DNA of 63,813 bases, the filler included, from Candidatus Omnitrophota bacterium (lineage in GTDB: Bacteria > Omnitrophota > Gorgyraeia > Zapsychrales > Zapsychraceae): NCBI GenBank assembly GCA_015233495.1. It is 16 parts of 15 records of this genome, joined end to end, with 100 filler letters (N's around TTAATTAATTAA, not from the genome) between each part and the next. Parts side by side here need not be neighbours in the genome. Positions count along the whole stretch, not along the records: positions 1 to 2,785 come from JADFXQ010000100.1; positions 2,886 to 5,616 come from JADFXQ010000101.1; positions 5,717 to 8,429 come from JADFXQ010000102.1; positions 8,530 to 11,192 come from JADFXQ010000103.1; 12 more parts are not named here. One strand, given 5' to 3'. This document shows, piece by piece, positions 1 to 10,055 of the stretch; position 1 is the stretch's first letter; each line of letters starts with the position of its first letter. The notes below the pieces were generated by a model. The model was not told the DNA's origin. It did not search any database and was given only the letters and a program-made list of their open reading frames with translations. Position numbers and translations under genes: made by a program.

Positions 1-23
1 TCCACGCCAAAAATCCGGTTACC

Positions 24-1922
24 ATGTTTTTAATGATCAAGAAAATCCGGCAGATTATTTTGGATGAAAAAGTGGACATTGTGCATGCCCGTTCCCGCAT
101 TCCGGCTTGGATTGCCTATTTCGCGTCGAAAAAAACTTCGGCTACCTTCATCACGACATGTCACGGATTTTATAAAAATCCCTGGTATAGCAAAATTATG
201 GGGTGGTCCAAATTAGTGATTGTGCCGAGCCGGGTGATCGGCCGCCACATGATCGATACTTATCGGGTTCCGGCGGATAATATCCGCTGTATTCCGCGGA
301 GCGTGGATTGGGCCCGCTTTGCCCGGCATCAGCATGAGATAAAAATAAAAACTGACCCGGTCATTGCCGTTATCGGGCGGCTGACTCCTATCAAAGGGCA
401 CACGTTCTTCATCAAGGCCATGTCANNNNNNNNNNNNNNNNNNNNNNNNNNNNNNNNNNNNNNNNNNNNNNNNNNNNNNNAACAGGATTACAAAAACGAA
501 GTCCTCCTTTTAGTCAAGCGTCTGGGGATGGAAGCAAATGTGGAATTTTTAGGCAACCGTCAGGATGTGCCGGAATTGTTGTCGAATATCGATATCTTGG
601 CTGTCCCGAGTATTACTCAGGAATCATTTGGCCGTACCATTATTGAGGCGCAGGCGGTCGGGGTGCCGGTTATTGCGACGGAAGTCGGGGGCGTAGTGGA
701 TATCATTGAACATGAACGCAATGGGCTGATGGTTCCGGCTAAGGATGTTGATGCCATGGCTAATGCCGTTTTACGGCTTTTAAAAGACCGGGAATTGTGC
801 GAACGCATGGCTTCTGAAGCAAAGAAACGAATCAGCCAGGAATACACTCTGGAAAAAATGGCAGGCAGAACTTTAGCGGTTTATGAAGAAATTCTCGGTA
901 TAAAAAATATTTTGGTGGTTAAATTCAGTTCCATGGGAGATGTGGTCTTAATTACGGCGGCGTTAAAAAGTCTGCGGCAAAAATTTCCCAAAGCCAAAAT
1001 TAATTGTGTGGTGGAAAAAGATTGCGTGGAAGTACTGCAATCGTGTCCGTATATTGATGATATCATTGTTTATGACAAGCGGCTTAAACATAAAAAGTGG
1101 TGGAAATTTGCGAAGTTTGCGTGGCGTTTGCGAAAAATGCGGCTGGATATTATTTTGGATTTTCAAAATAATCACCGCAGTCATTGGCTGGCGTATTTGG
1201 CTGATCCGAAAGAAAGTTATGGTTTTTCTAACACCAAGAGCGGCCAATTATTGACTCAGGGTTTGAAAGAATATCAGGATAATATTCTGCCGGTTGAGCA
1301 TCAATTTCAGATTTTAAAAATGCTGGACATCCCTTACCGGGACAATTTATATCTGGAATTGTGGCCGTCGAAACATAATCATGAATATGTTCAAGAATTG
1401 CTGGAGGCGGAATGGTTGGGGAATTGTAAAACCATAGTCGGGATTAATCTTTCTGCGTCGGAAAAATGGAAAACAAAGAATTGGCCGGTTAAACATACGG
1501 CGGCTTTGTGTGATTTATTATCAGCCAAAGGAATCCGGGTGGTTTTAACCGGAATGGATAAGGATATTGAATTGGGACGGGAGCTCGGCCGTCTTTCTTC
1601 CGCCAAACCCGCTAATTTTGCCGGCAAAACCGATATTATGCAGCTGGCCGCGTTGCTCAGCCGTTTCAAGGTTTATGTGACGCCGGATTCAGCGCCGTTA
1701 CATGTCGCGGCAGCCATGAATGTTCCGGTGGTGACTTATTTTGGGCCCACGAGTGAGAAACGTCATTTGCCGCCGGCCCGAAAATTGACAGTCCTGAATA
1801 AACACGCGGAATGTTCTCCGTGCTACAGTCCGGAATGTTTGATCAAAACCCATGATTGTCTGGAGAAAATCACGCCTGAAGAAATGGCGCAAGCCATATT
1901 TCAATTCATGGAAGGATCCTGA
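24..1922 (+). CDS. Fused GT4 glycosyltransferase + GT9 (LPS heptosyltransferase II-like); 5' partial, internal N gap
   Basis: N-half has GT4 motifs (HARSRIPAW, ESFGRTIIEAQAVG). C-half has GT9 motifs (SSMGDVVL, DSAPLHVAAA, CSPCYSPEC). Confidence 0.85.
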   Translation: MFLMIKKIRQIILDEKVDIVHARSRIPAWIAYFASKKTSATFITTCHGFYKNPWYSKIMGWSKLVIVPSRVIGRHMIDTYRVPADNIRCIPRSVDWARFARHQHEIKIKTDPVIAVIGRLTPIKGHTFFIKAMSXXXXXXXXXXXXXXXXXXXQDYKNEVLLLVKRLGMEANVEFLGNRQDVPELLSNIDILAVPSITQESFGRTIIEAQAVGVPVIATEVGGVVDIIEHERNGLMVPAKDVDAMANAVLRLLKDRELCERMASEAKKRISQEYTLEKMAGRTLAVYEEILGIKNILVVKFSSMGDVVLITAALKSLRQKFPKAKINCVVEKDCVEVLQSCPYIDDIIVYDKRLKHKKWWKFAKFAWRLRKMRLDIILDFQNNHRSHWLAYLADPKESYGFSNTKSGQLLTQGLKEYQDNILPVEHQFQILKMLDIPYRDNLYLELWPSKHNHEYVQELLEAEWLGNCKTIVGINLSASEKWKTKNWPVKHTAALCDLLSAKGIRVVLTGMDKDIELGRELGRLSSAKPANFAGKTDIMQLAALLSRFKVYVTPDSAPLHVAAAMNVPVVTYFGPTSEKRHLPPARKLTVLNKHAECSPCYSPECLIKTHDCLEKITPEEMAQAIFQFMEGS

Positions 1923-1924
1923 TT

Positions 1925-2785
1925 TTGAATGTCCTTTTTTTGACCACTCATTTAAACACCGGAGGCATTACCAGTTATTTATTAACCCTGGGCAAAGGTT
2001 TGGTCAACCGCGGGCACCATGTTTATGTGTGTTCTTCCGGCGGGAATATGGAACATATTTTTGCCGATGCCGGGATTAATATCGTGAAAGCGGATTTCAA
2101 GACCAAATCCGTATTAAATCCCAAATTATATTTTTTACTGCCGAGACTGAAAAAATTTTTAGCCGAACATCATATTGAGGTGATTCACGCACACACCCGG
2201 GTCACGCAGTTTGTGGGGCAAATGTTATCGTCCCGCAATGTGCCTTTAGTGACAACGTGCCACGGGTTCTTTAAACCGCGTTTTTTTCGCCGGTTATTGC
2301 CCTGCTGGGGACAAAAAGTTATTGCTATCAGCCCTGCGGTTTTTGATCATTTGAGGCGGGATTTTTTGGTTTCTGAAAAAATGATTGACCTGGTGCCGAG
2401 CGGTATTGATGTGAGTGAGTTTTTAACGATTAATGATCAGGACCGGCTTTTTCAGCGTAAACAATTGAATGTGCCGGATGAGGTGGTAGTTTTGGGAATG
2501 ATTGCGCGGCTTTCGGATGTGAAAGGCCAGGATATTTTGATTGAAGCCATGCGCGAAGTCATGATCAATTGTCCTCATGCCCATCTTCTGATAGCGGGCG
2601 AAGGGAAAATGGAAGCCCAATTAAGGGCTATGGTCAAACAATATCAATTGGATGATCAAATCAGTTTTTATGCCGCGTCCGGCCGCTCGCGTAATCTTTT
2701 GGCCGCGTTTGATATTTTGGTTGTTCCGTCGAGAATGGAGGGATTGGGCCTTTCGATTTTAGAAGCCCAGGCTGCTGCGGTGCCG
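1925..2785 (+). CDS. GT4 family glycosyltransferase (3' partial)
   Basis: TTHLNTGGITSY, HAHTRV and EGLGLSILEA motifs; runs into scaffold end. Confidence 0.88.
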
Positions 2786-2885
2786 NNNNNNNNNNNNNNN
2801 NNNNNNNNNNNNNNNNNNNNNNNNNNNNNTTAATTAATTAANNNNNNNNNNNNNNNNNNNNNNNNNNNNNNNNNNNNNNNNNNNN
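2786..2885. other. Artificial scaffold linker (N-TTAATTAATTAA-N); also at ~5661, 8474, 11237, 13951, 16648, 19146, 21600, 24049, 26294, 28524, 30686, 33575, 34930, 60693
   Basis: Identical 12-mer giving stops in all six frames, embedded in N runs 15 times. Confidence 0.98.
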
Positions 2886-4680
2886 ACGGATATGACTGAC
2901 AAAGGCGGGTTTAATACTTTTCGATCCAAAGGCAAAGGCAAATTGGAGTTTGTCGCGCCGGAAGGTTTCGCGTCTTTGGGCGTATATTCCGCGGCAACGA
3001 ATCCTTACGCGAAAGGCACGCAGAACGGCAAGAATTGGTATGTGGACGCGGCCGGCAAAATGAAGGAAGGGACTTCCGCCGATGTGGAAGCGTTTCGCGC
3101 TTCCCTGGCTAAACAAGAAAGCCGGGACAGAGAGAAATACAAGGCAGCCGTCACGCAGCCAGCTCCGGCAAATCGATCCTCTGCCAGCCCTTTTGAAAAA
3201 GCCTATTCCCTAAATTATTTGCAACACAGCATGGCGAATGAGATCAAACATTTTGGCGGGGTTCCCCAATATTTAGCGGCAATACAGCGCAACCAGGAAT
3301 TGTCCAAATCTTTTACCGCTTTATATTTTCTTTCTACGCTTGCCCCTAATCAAATACCGGCCGGATTAAAAGAAAAAGTCGCCGCTCAAGTCAAGAAACA
3401 ATTTTATGGGATCACCGGAGAAAACTTGGATTTTGGCGACCTGAGCGACGCGCAAAAAATCCGGGCTTGCGTGATCAGCGCTTTAGCCAACGCTAACCCG
3501 GATGATTTGGGACGGGCCGCGGAACACGTGATCCATTATTTTGAAAGCCGCTTGGCGTATGTCGCGGAAATCAACCGGAAAAATTATGAGATTGATATCA
3601 AGCATAACCGCCAGGTTAAATTTACGGATGCCAAAGCCGCCCAGGCGATGTTGAAAGCGGAACCGTTTATTGAAAACGGGATCAAAAATAAAGCCAAGGT
3701 TGACGCGGATATGGGCGGCAAAAGAGTGTCGGTGAAGTTGAACCAGGTGGAGAATTTCTTGAATCTCGCGCCCGGACAGGAAGTGACTTATAAACATGAC
3801 ACGAAAAACAACGACGATGTTTATTTTGCCGAAGCAGACACCAAAGACGGGCATGTCAGAATCAGATTGCAGGGCAATCACTATTCTTCCGAAACGGGGA
3901 GCGCTACGGGTAGGGATATGAGTAAGGCAGAAGTGGCGGCGTCCACCGCGCATGGGGCGCGGGTTTGGAAAATCGAAAAGCTCGACGGAGAATTGGTGGT
4001 TTTTCATGATGATGGTTCGACTTCGCGCAAAGGCCGGAAGACCGGCTTCTGGGCCACTTCCGGGGAAGTTTTGAGCTTTTTATCCTCCAACACAGGGAGA
4101 AGCGCAGCGCAGATTGCCAAGATCATTCGATGGCGAAAATTGGATTCGGATGAATATCAGGATGTTCGCGGCTGGTTAAATACATATATAAACAGAGCTA
4201 ACCGATTATCCCCTGGGAAAACCCATTTTTGGGTTTCCGCAAATACGAAGATCGGCGTGGCTATGAAATCCATGGATAAAGATCGGAATAAAGTTCAAAC
4301 CGATCGGCAGGGCACAGTAGGCACCAAAAAAGATCAGAACAGAAGAACCGGTTATGGTCCGGGCGCTAATCCGGATTATTTGATCGACGGGAATAAGACA
4401 TATCCCATCTTGAAAGATGAAAAGGTCAAGATTCCGGTTGTGGATTCCCGCACCGGAAAAGTGATGAAGAACGCGAAAGGGGAAATCCGCTACGTGCGGT
4501 TGGGTGAAGCTTATGAAATGTCCGGAAAAAATGCCAAATTGATGGGTTATTATGCCGGCACTCAGAGACATACGCCGCAAGAAAAAGAGGCCAGAGGTTT
4601 TAAAGATGATGACCTTTATGACCCGATGCTTCCGCAAGGCAGCGCGATTTTCTTTGACCTGGACAACGCGCGCCAAATTG
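2886..4680 (+). CDS. Fragment of a very large hypothetical protein (partial; ends at probable inversion junction)
   Basis: About 600 codons of natural-looking K/G/D-rich sequence; after ~4680 the frame reads as antisense of the opposite ORF. Confidence 0.6.
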
Positions 4681-5616
4681 CACCTGCCCGACGGGCAAAA
4701 GCGTGTAAGCCAATTTATAAGTTCCATCCTTTTGATGTTCATAACTCGCGCCAATCTGGGCTCGCCCGCCTTGAAAATCAAATTTCCCGCCATCCGTACC
4801 CCATCTGGACCCGACATACAATTTATCGCCAATATGCGTGCCGCGGCCAATCTGCAGCCGATCGCCTGCCCCGATAATCAACTCGCCGTTAAAACTAAAC
4901 GTCAGAGAAGACCTTTGCGGCAAATGATTGGCCTGATCAATATCCGCGGAACCAATCCCAAACCGTTTGACCGAACTCCACTGGGCCTTGTCCCGCGGAC
5001 TCCACTGTGCGCTGTCCCGCTGATTCACGACATAAATGATATCCGGATTCAGTTTAACTGTCAGCGCCTGGCCCTTGTCAGCATCCTGCCCGGCGGAAGC
5101 AGTGGGTTTTTGACCCGCTTTTTTGGCTGCTGCTTCCTTGGCCGCGGCTGCCTGGGCCTGTTTCGGAGTCATTTGCGTAAATTTATTTTTAGTTTCCGCG
5201 AACCCTAACGGAGCCGCGTCTTTTGACAGGAAAAACATAGTTCCCTTCAGACTTGTCCCATCAATATCTTTATCCGCCAAAGAAATCTGAAACCCATTGA
5301 TCATCCCCAACACTTTGGGCGCGGTCTTGGAATCTTTGCTTCCATAGCTGAGATAATTAGAACCCGTCACGTTTAAAGGTAATTTGTGTTTCAGCTCCCA
5401 CTTGCCATTCTGGTTTTTATTTTCATCCAAGAACCACGCCTCGGCTTTGGGTCCCAAAACAGTTTCAAACTGATTGACCCCGCTACCCTTCACCTGCTGG
5501 CCATAATCCAATTCCGCGGCCACGTGCGGATATTGTTTCAACTCGCCATTACTGATCAATTGCCCGTTGGATTGGGGCAGTTTGCCTTTCAGCCGGCCTT
5601 TGATTTCGTCGCCATA
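4670..5616 (-). CDS. Fragment of a large hypothetical protein (partial both ends)
   Basis: Long minus-strand ORF with composition similar to 2886-4680; loses protein-like character below ~4670. Confidence 0.6.
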
Positions 5617-5715
5617 NNNNNNNNNNNNNNNNNNNNNNNNNNNNNNNNNNNNNNNNNNNNTTAATTAATTAANNNNNNNNNNNNNNNNNNNNNNNNNNNN
5701 NNNNNNNNNNNNNNN

Positions 5716-7188
5716 NCGGGGGCTTTTTTCCGCGTCGGCCGAACTTTTTTTAGCCTTTTTCCTGGTCATCTTGCCGGTTCCTTTATTCTTCGGATTATTT
5801 TATCCGCGCAAGACGATTCTGCTTTTGGGTTTGAGGGCCGGCTTAGCGGTTTTGGGCCCGCGGCTTTATCTTTTTTCCAACGCCGCGCGGAAACTAAATT
5901 TCTCGCCGAGCAGCGTCGTTATCAAACGACGCTGCGCCGGGCTTCTTTGGGCATGGGCCAAATCAAGAATCTCAAACGCCTGTTGAGCTTGATTGTCAAC
6001 ATTGTGACTAAGACTGTGCGGCTGGAGCACTGCTCGATTTATCTTTTCCACGAAGCATCCAACCAGTATATTTTAAAAGCTTCCAAAGGCCGTGTTGCCG
6101 TGAACACGGTGCGCAGTGTTCTGGAAAGCGACGCCGCGTTGGTCGCGACTATAAAGGCGGTCAAAGAACCCATAGTTTTGCGACAGGTCTTGCTTTCTCC
6201 GCGGGATGCCGGGGCGGCTGTCTTGGCCGCGGATTTAAAATCCTTAGACGCGGCCGTGGCGATTCCCAGTTATATTGAACAGCGGATGTTGGCAATTATC
6301 GTCTTGGGAAAAAAACGTTCGGGCAAACCGTATACGCAGGACGATTTGGTCGTGTTTTCTATTTTAGCGAATCAAGCCGCGCTGGCGATTGAGAACGCGG
6401 AATTTTACGAAGACATTAAGAAAACGCACGAGCAATTGTTTAAAGCGGAAAAAATGGCGACGATCGGCACGATGGCGGACGGGTTGTCGCATCAAATCAA
6501 CAACCGCTTGCACGCGATTGGTTTTATTGCGAGCGACTGTTTAGACACGATTCGTTTGAAATTGGCGCAGGGACAAAATGATTACGTAACCGGGATCTGC
6601 CAAGAAATCGATCAGGCCTTGGCGCGGATCATTGACAATGTGAAACGCGGCGGCGAAATCGTGAGCGGACTGCTGCGTTATACGCGCAAAGGCCCGGAGG
6701 GATTTTCTCCGGTGTCGTTTGAAAAAGTTCTCGACGCGTCTATTGACATGGCCCAATTTAAAATTAAAAAAGAGTTGGTGGATATTGTGCCGTACCTGCA
6801 ACCGGGTCTAGCTTTGGTGAACGGAAATTTCACCCAGCTGCAGGAGGTGTTTTTCAACATGGTGGACAACGCTTATGACGCGATCCTGCAACGCAAGTCG
6901 GAACTCAATGAAGAAAATTATAAAGGCAAGATCGAGATCTTCGCGGTGAATAAAGGGCCGCATATCGAAGTGCGGGTGAAAGACAATGGCATGGGCGTCA
7001 TGGCGGAAAACATGGGGAAATTGTTCACGCCTTTTTTTACGACCAAGATGATGAGCCGTAAAGGCACGGGTTTGGGCTTGTATATCGTGCGCCAAATCAT
7101 CGAAGAAAACCACCATGGGAAAGTCAAGTTTAACTCCGAATATCAGGTTGGGTCAGAGACAACCGTGCTTTTGCCCAGCGCTATTTAA
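5716..7188 (+). CDS. Membrane GAF-domain sensor histidine kinase (5' partial; apparent frameshift at T-run 5871-5876)
   Basis: GAF region, H-box (LSHQINNRL), N box (FFNMVDNAYDA), DNGMG, FTPFFTTK, GTGLGL. A hydrophobic upstream segment lies in the neighbouring frame. Confidence 0.88.
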   Translation, partial: XGAFFRVGRTFFSLFPGHLAGSFILRIILSAQDDSAFGFEGRLSGFGPAALSFFQRRAETKFLAEQRRYQTTLRRASLGMGQIKNLKRLLSLIVNIVTKTVRLEHCSIYLFHEASNQYILKASKGRVAVNTVRSVLESDAALVATIKAVKEPIVLRQVLLSPRDAGAAVLAADLKSLDAAVAIPSYIEQRMLAIIVLGKKRSGKPYTQDDLVVFSILANQAALAIENAEFYEDIKKTHEQLFKAEKMATIGTMADGLSHQINNRLHAIGFIASDCLDTIRLKLAQGQNDYVTGICQEIDQALARIIDNVKRGGEIVSGLLRYTRKGPEGFSPVSFEKVLDASIDMAQFKIKKELVDIVPYLQPGLALVNGNFTQLQEVFFNMVDNAYDAILQRKSELNEENYKGKIEIFAVNKGPHIEVRVKDNGMGVMAENMGKLFTPFFTTKMMSRKGTGLGLYIVRQIIEENHHGKVKFNSEYQVGSETTVLLPSAI

Positions 7189-7190
7189 GG

Positions 7191-8429
7191 ATGCAGTTAG
7201 GAAAAGAAAGCAGCGCTAAACCGGTGAAGAAAAACGCGTATATCCTCGCTATTGATCAGGGCACCACTGCCAGCCGGGCAATTCTTTACGACCAAAAGGG
7301 CGCGATCCAAGCGGCAGCGCAACAGGAATTTCCGCAGTATTTTCCCCGTCCGGGCTGGGTGGAGCATGATCCTTGCGAAATTATCAACAGTGTTAATTTT
7401 TCGATTCAAAAAGTTTTGCGGCAAATCCCGGACGCCACGATTGCCGCCATAGGGATCACGAATCAACGGGAAACAACCGTGGTCTGGGACCGCGACACCG
7501 GCCAACCGGTTTACAACGCCATTGTCTGGCAATGCCGACGCACCGCGCCGCGTTGCCGTCAGCTCAAAAAAAATCCGCAGACCGAGAAGCTTTTTCGGCA
7601 AAGGACCGGTCTCCCCATAGATGCCTATTTCTCCGCGACTAAAATCGAGTGGATATTAAACAACGTTTCCGGAGCTGCGGCGCGGGTCCGGCAGGGGAAA
7701 TTGTTATTCGGCACTATGGACACGTGGGTATTGTGGCATTTGACCGGCGGCCAAGTGTATGCCACGGATTATACCAACGCCAGCCGGACCATGTTGTTCG
7801 ATATTGAGAAACGCGTCTGGGATGGCGATTTAACGCGCCGGTTTGGGATATCGGAAAAGATGCTGCCAGCCGTGAAACCTTCGTCGGGGTTCTTAGGGAA
7901 AACTATTCGGCAAGGCCGGCTCGTGTCGGGAATACCGATCGCCGGCATGGCCGGAGACCAGCAGGCCGCGTTATTTGGCCAAGCCTGTTTTACCCCCGGA
8001 ACGATCAAGAACACCTATGGCACGGGTGGATTTTTATTGTTGAACACGGGCAGCAAACGAGTGGTTTCCCAAAATGGGTTGATCACAACTTTAGCCTGCG
8101 GTTCGCAAGGGGAAGTTGTCTACGCTTTGGAAGGGACCATTTTTATTGCCGGAGCCGCGATCCAGTGGCTGCGCGATGGTTTAAAAATTTTATCCCGGGC
8201 TGCCGATTCGGAATCGATGGCCGCGTCTTTAAAAAGCAATGAGGGTGTATACTTTGTTCCGGCCTTAGTGGGTTTGGGCGCTCCCTATTGGCGTCCCGAT
8301 GCCCGGGGTCTGATCACGGGAATCACGCGCGGCACCACGTCGGCGCATTTGGCCCGCGCCGCTTTGGAAGCAATGTGCTATCAGACCAAAGATGTAGTCG
8401 AAGCCATGCAAAAAGATTCCGGTCTGCGG
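7191..8429 (+). CDS. glpK: Glycerol kinase (3' partial)
   Basis: AIDQGTT, GITNQRETT, YFSATKIEW, TDYTNASRT, GDQQAALFG, KNTYGTG. Confidence 0.96.
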
Positions 8430-8529
8430 NNNNNNNNNNNNNNNNNNNNNNNNNNNNNNNNNNNNNNNNNNNNTTAATTAATTAANNNNNNNNNNNNNNN
8501 NNNNNNNNNNNNNNNNNNNNNNNNNNNNN

Positions 8530-8654
8530 ATCCCGGCCTTGGCTTTGGTTTTGGGTAAAAAAGACTTGAGCCCAATCAGCGTTACTGCCACGACACTGGT
8601 TAGTACCAGCATATATTCGACAACAGTCTGCGCTTTGGATTTGGCGTATCGCAT
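8530..8654 (-). CDS. Protein with class III (Flp/TadE-like prepilin) signal peptide; 3' partial, absent from ORF track
   Basis: Translates MRYAKSKAQTVVEYMLVLTSVVAVTLIGLKSFLPK: basic leader, A|QxxxEY, hydrophobic helix. Confidence 0.7.
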
Positions 8655-8818
8655 ATGGCTATTTAGGGAAAAATGGTTAAATAACGTTCCTGCATCCGTT
8701 TTGGCAAGCAGTTTAACAAAAAAGCGGCTTGGATGATAGAGGAACAGTTTAAGTATATATTATTTAACTGAGCAAAGCAACCAAACCGGGGCAGTATTTC
8801 TGCAGAGCCGGTTTTTTA

Positions 8819-8847
8819 TTGACATATGTTTAGTCAAATGGTATATT
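8819..8847 (+). promoter_or_regulatory. Sigma70-type promoter of the AAA ATPase gene
   Basis: TTGACA-17 nt-TATATT with extended TG, followed by AAGGAG and ATG at 8871. Confidence 0.65.
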
Positions 8848-8870
8848 TTTTTGACGAAAGGAGCGACGTA

Positions 8871-10004
8871 ATGGCAATTCCATTTCTTAATCGCGGTTTA
8901 GATATCGCGGATTTATTAAAAAATAAATCATATTTTTTGTTTGGCCCTCGGCAAACTGGTAAAACTTCTTTGATTAAACATTGTTTACCCGGTATTCGGT
9001 CTTATGATTTGCTGGATAACGCGCTCTTTTTGGAATTAAGCGCCAATCCCGGACGACTTGCGCAGGAAATCACCCTGCGGGATTCGATCGTGGTGATAGA
9101 TGAAATCCAACGTTTACCGATATTACTGAATGAAGCGCATCGTTTGATTGAAGAAAAACGGATTCATTTTCTTTTAACCGGTTCGAGCGCTCGAAAATTG
9201 CGGAGTAGAGGAGTCAATTTGCTGGGAGGCCGGGCCCGGGTCAAACATTTGCATCCGTTTACCACGGAGGAATTGGGAACGTATTTTGATTTGACGCGGG
9301 CGCTGAACGCGGGGCTGATTCCCTCCATTTATTTTTCCGAAGATCCCCAGACAGATTTGGCCGCTTATGTCGGAAATTATTTAAAAGAAGAAATTATCGC
9401 CGAAAGCGTGACACGCAATATTCCGGCGTTCAGCCGGTTTTTAAAAATTTCTGGGCAGGCCAACGCCAAAATAATCAATTTTACGAAGATCGCCAATGAC
9501 GCGCAGGTGCCGCGAACCACGATTTACGAATATTATGAGATTTTGAAAGATACCTTGATTTTGCGCGAACTGCCGGCCTTCCGCGCCGGAGTGAAGCGCA
9601 AACCGATTTGCGCGTCGAAATATTATTTTTTTGATATCGGCGTCAGCCGTTATTTGCAGGGCCGTAAATCATACGCCCCAAGAACGGAAGAGTTCGGCGA
9701 TGCTTTTGAAACATTTATTGTCAATGAGGTTTTTGCCTGGAGCGATTATCGCGGGGCTGCGGATCTTAGTTATTGGCGTTCCACTGCCGGTCAAGAAGTC
9801 GATCTTTTGATTAATGACCATACCGCGGTGGAAATCAAAGGGAAGTCCGTTATTTCTCCGGATGATTTGCGGGGGCTAAAAGCAATCGCCGCGGAATGTC
9901 CATTCAAACGGTACGTTTGTCTTTCTTTGGAACAAAGAACCCGGCGGATCGGGAATATTGAAGTTTTACCGTATCAGGATTTTTTGCGCGAGCTTTGGGA
10001 TTAA
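8871..10004 (+). CDS. AAA ATPase (AAA_14 + DUF4143-type, C-terminal PD-(D/E)xK-like domain)
   Basis: GPRQTGKT, VIDEIQ, LTGSSARKL, KYYFFDIG, EVDLL...AVEIK. Confidence 0.88.
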   Translation: MAIPFLNRGLDIADLLKNKSYFLFGPRQTGKTSLIKHCLPGIRSYDLLDNALFLELSANPGRLAQEITLRDSIVVIDEIQRLPILLNEAHRLIEEKRIHFLLTGSSARKLRSRGVNLLGGRARVKHLHPFTTEELGTYFDLTRALNAGLIPSIYFSEDPQTDLAAYVGNYLKEEIIAESVTRNIPAFSRFLKISGQANAKIINFTKIANDAQVPRTTIYEYYEILKDTLILRELPAFRAGVKRKPICASKYYFFDIGVSRYLQGRKSYAPRTEEFGDAFETFIVNEVFAWSDYRGAADLSYWRSTAGQEVDLLINDHTAVEIKGKSVISPDDLRGLKAIAAECPFKRYVCLSLEQRTRRIGNIEVLPYQDFLRELWD

Positions 10005-10055
10005 TCGAATCAATTATGCCAGCGGGCCGCTGGCAAGAAAATCGACCGTTTATTC

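Noticed and set aside
4552..5208. Apparent triple-overlapping ORFs
   Set aside because: Shadow frames around a probable inversion junction; not protein-like.
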